DNA of 64,000 nucleotides from an uncultured Chlamydiae bacterium (GTDB lineage Bacteria; Chlamydiota; Chlamydiia; Chlamydiales; JAJFMB01): NCBI GenBank assembly GCA_963696295.1, contig CAVOJR010000001.1, positions 2,304,001 to 2,368,000 of the forward strand, read 5' to 3'. Shown piece by piece: positions 61,865 to 64,000 of this stretch (position 1 is its first letter; each line of letters starts with the position of its first letter). The notes under the pieces were generated by a model. It saw only the letters and a program-made list of their open reading frames with translations, ran no database searches and was not told where the DNA came from. The position numbers and the translations under genes were made by a program.

Positions 61865-64000
61865 CTACCGTGTCAGCTGCTCTAACTTAACCGTGACTTC
61901 CCTAAGCTCTGTTTCGCTCTTATCCAACAGCTCTCTTTGGTTGGCGATGAGATTTTGCGGGGCTTTGCTGACAAACTCTTCATTAGAGAGCTGCGCTTTC
62001 AGCCGCTCAAGCGAGAGAAGGATCTTTTCCTTTTCTTTTATCAGGCGCATTTTCTCTTTTTGCATCATCTCTTCCGGCAGAGGGATCATCACTTTCAGCT
62101 CGCCCAGGACGCCTGTGCTGGTGAAGCCGATCGCCGGCTCCTCGGTGTGCAGGATCAGTTCATTGATCCGCACCAGGGCTTTGACCATCTCTTTGTTTTG
62201 CAAAATGGCTTTAAATGCCTCATTCTGCTCTTTGCCGACGATGTGCACATCGGTTTGCTGCCCGGGAGGCAGCTTCATCTCGCCTCTGATATTGCGGATG
62301 GTGTAGACCAGCTTATCGACCGTATCAAAGGTTTGCTCAATGGCCGGATTCAAGTCGCTTTCCCTGATCACCTGCGGGTAGGGCGCGATGATGCAGCTTT
62401 CAGCCTGGAGGGCTTTGACGGCCTCTTTGGTGTAGGGGTCCTTATTTAGGTCCCGGATGCCGGGAAAGTGCTCCTTCAACTTTTGGAAGAGCTCTTCGGT
62501 GATGAACGGGACCATAGGATGGAGGAGGCGGAGCGCCTGCGCAAGCACGATGATCAGCAGTTTCTGCTTATTCTTACGCTCTTCTTCCGTGCCGTCTTTG
62601 CCGAACAGGATCGGCTTGGAGATTTCGACATAGTAGGCGCAAAATTCCTTCCAGAAGAAGTCGTAGGCGCTTTTGGCCGCCTGGTCGAATTGGTAGAGCG
62701 CCAGTTTTTCGTTCACTTCCCTTATGCTGTGGTTTAAGACCGACAGGATCCAGCGGTCCTCAAGGCGGAAGAGCGTTTCATCGAGCCCCTGGCTGAATTC
62801 TTCTGAGGAGATATTCAAATTCATGAAGACAAAGCGCGCCCCGTTCCACACCTTATTGGCAAAATTCTTGTACTCCTCGAAACGCCTGCGGTCCAGGTCG
62901 ATTTCCCGCTGTTCGGGCGAGCTTGCGCAAAGGGCCATGCGCATCGCGTCGGTGCCGTACTCGCCGATAATTTCGAGCGGATCGATCACGTTCCCTTTCG
63001 ATTTGGAGAGCTTTTCCCATTTGCAGTGCACCCCGTTCGGAACGGGTTTTCCAAGGTCGTACCCCCGCCGCTCCTCTCCGCTGATATAGGCGATGCCGCC
63101 GCCCTGAGCGTCCCGCCAATACGATTTTCCATAAATCAGGCCGTGCAAAAAGGTTTCCGGAAATGGGGGCTCGCCCATGGCAAATTCCCCCATCAAAATC
63201 ATGCGGGCGACCCAAAAGAAGAGGATATCGTGTCCGGTGATCAGCACCGAGTTGGGGTAGAACCGCTTCAAATCTTCCGGTATTGTCCGGCCAGCCTAGC
63301 GTCGAGAAAGGCCAGAGAGCCGAGGAGAACCAGGTGTCCAGCACATCTTCATCCTGGAACCACTGATCAGGGGCTTTGGCAACTTCTTCCGGCTCCCCTT
63401 CCCCGTCGTGGCAAATCAGGCGGTTTGGATCCTCTTTGTGGTACCAGATCGGAATGCGGTGCCCCCACCAAAGCTGGCGGCTGATGCACCAGTCGCGCAG
63501 GTGATCGATCCAGTGGAAATAGGTGTTTTCCCAGTTTTTGGGGATGAGCTTCACTTTTCCCTCTTCGACGAAGCGGCGTAAAATTGGCGGCGAAGCGGTC
63601 CATGCGGATGAACCACTGTTTCGAAAGATAGGGCTCGATGACGGCTTTGGAGCGGTAGGAGACGCCCGTGCGGAGCATATGGGGCTCGATTTTCACGAGC
63701 AGGCCGAGCTCTTTCATCGCCTTGACAATCTCCTCTCTTGCCGCCGGCATAGTCAACCCCTGCGAAGCGCCCGCCATTTTCGTTGATGCAGCCGTCGGGC
63801 GTCATGATGTTGATCATCGGCAGCTTGTGATTGAGGGCCATCTGGTAGTCGTTAGGGTCGTGGGCGGGGGTGATTTTGACGGCGCCCGTGCCGAATTCCG
63901 GATCGACAAAGTGGTCGGCGATGATAGGCAGTTCCCTCCCGGTCATCGGCTGGATGGCGCATTCTCCGATGAGATGCTGGTAGCGGGGGTCTCTTGGGGA
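61865..64000 (-). CDS. valS: Valine--tRNA ligase (C-terminal part), with three apparent frameshifts
   Basis: [47 protein letters not shown]; spread over four ORF pieces. Confidence 0.96.

Noticed and set aside
1..64000. tRNA, rRNA, prophage or integrase genes
   Set aside because: None recognised by eye; a tRNAscan/Infernal run would be needed to exclude small RNAs

Overview
A 64-kb window from an environmental member of the Chlamydiae (Parachlamydiales-like). The assignment rests on the S10-spc-alpha operon lacking rpsN, rpmD, adk, infA, rpmJ and rpsD, and on the chlamydial V-ATPase order E-DUF2764-A-B-D-I-K. Core blocks are rpsC to rplQ with secY and rpoA, the V-ATPase operon with fumC, aroG, dagA, tal and valS. 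Between them lie islands of eukaryote-like candidate effectors: a PARG-macrodomain/OGFr fusion followed by a tandem array of copies of its own 3' end, a degenerate mitochondrial-carrier-like protein, a tristetraprolin-type tandem CCCH zinc finger, a tyrosine phosphatase, an ankyrin-SET protein, a MICAL-like flavin monooxygenase split by an intact IS3-family element, a signal-peptide ClpB-D2 ATPase and a 1836-aa ankyrin protein. The two best candidates for an undescribed system are (i) a tight three-gene operon for an ADP-ribosyltransferase-like protein, a macrodomain and a ubiquitin-like protein (31581-34029), and (ii) a 1555-aa multidomain protein ending in a SidE/Dup-type phosphodiesterase, translationally coupled to a Cys-containing partner (45319-50999). 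A family of TATACCCAAA-terminated palindromes is also present. Three +1 homopolymer frameshifts in valS indicate residual sequencing error, so other single-base frameshifts need caution. All domain calls come from motif recognition by eye, not database searches.
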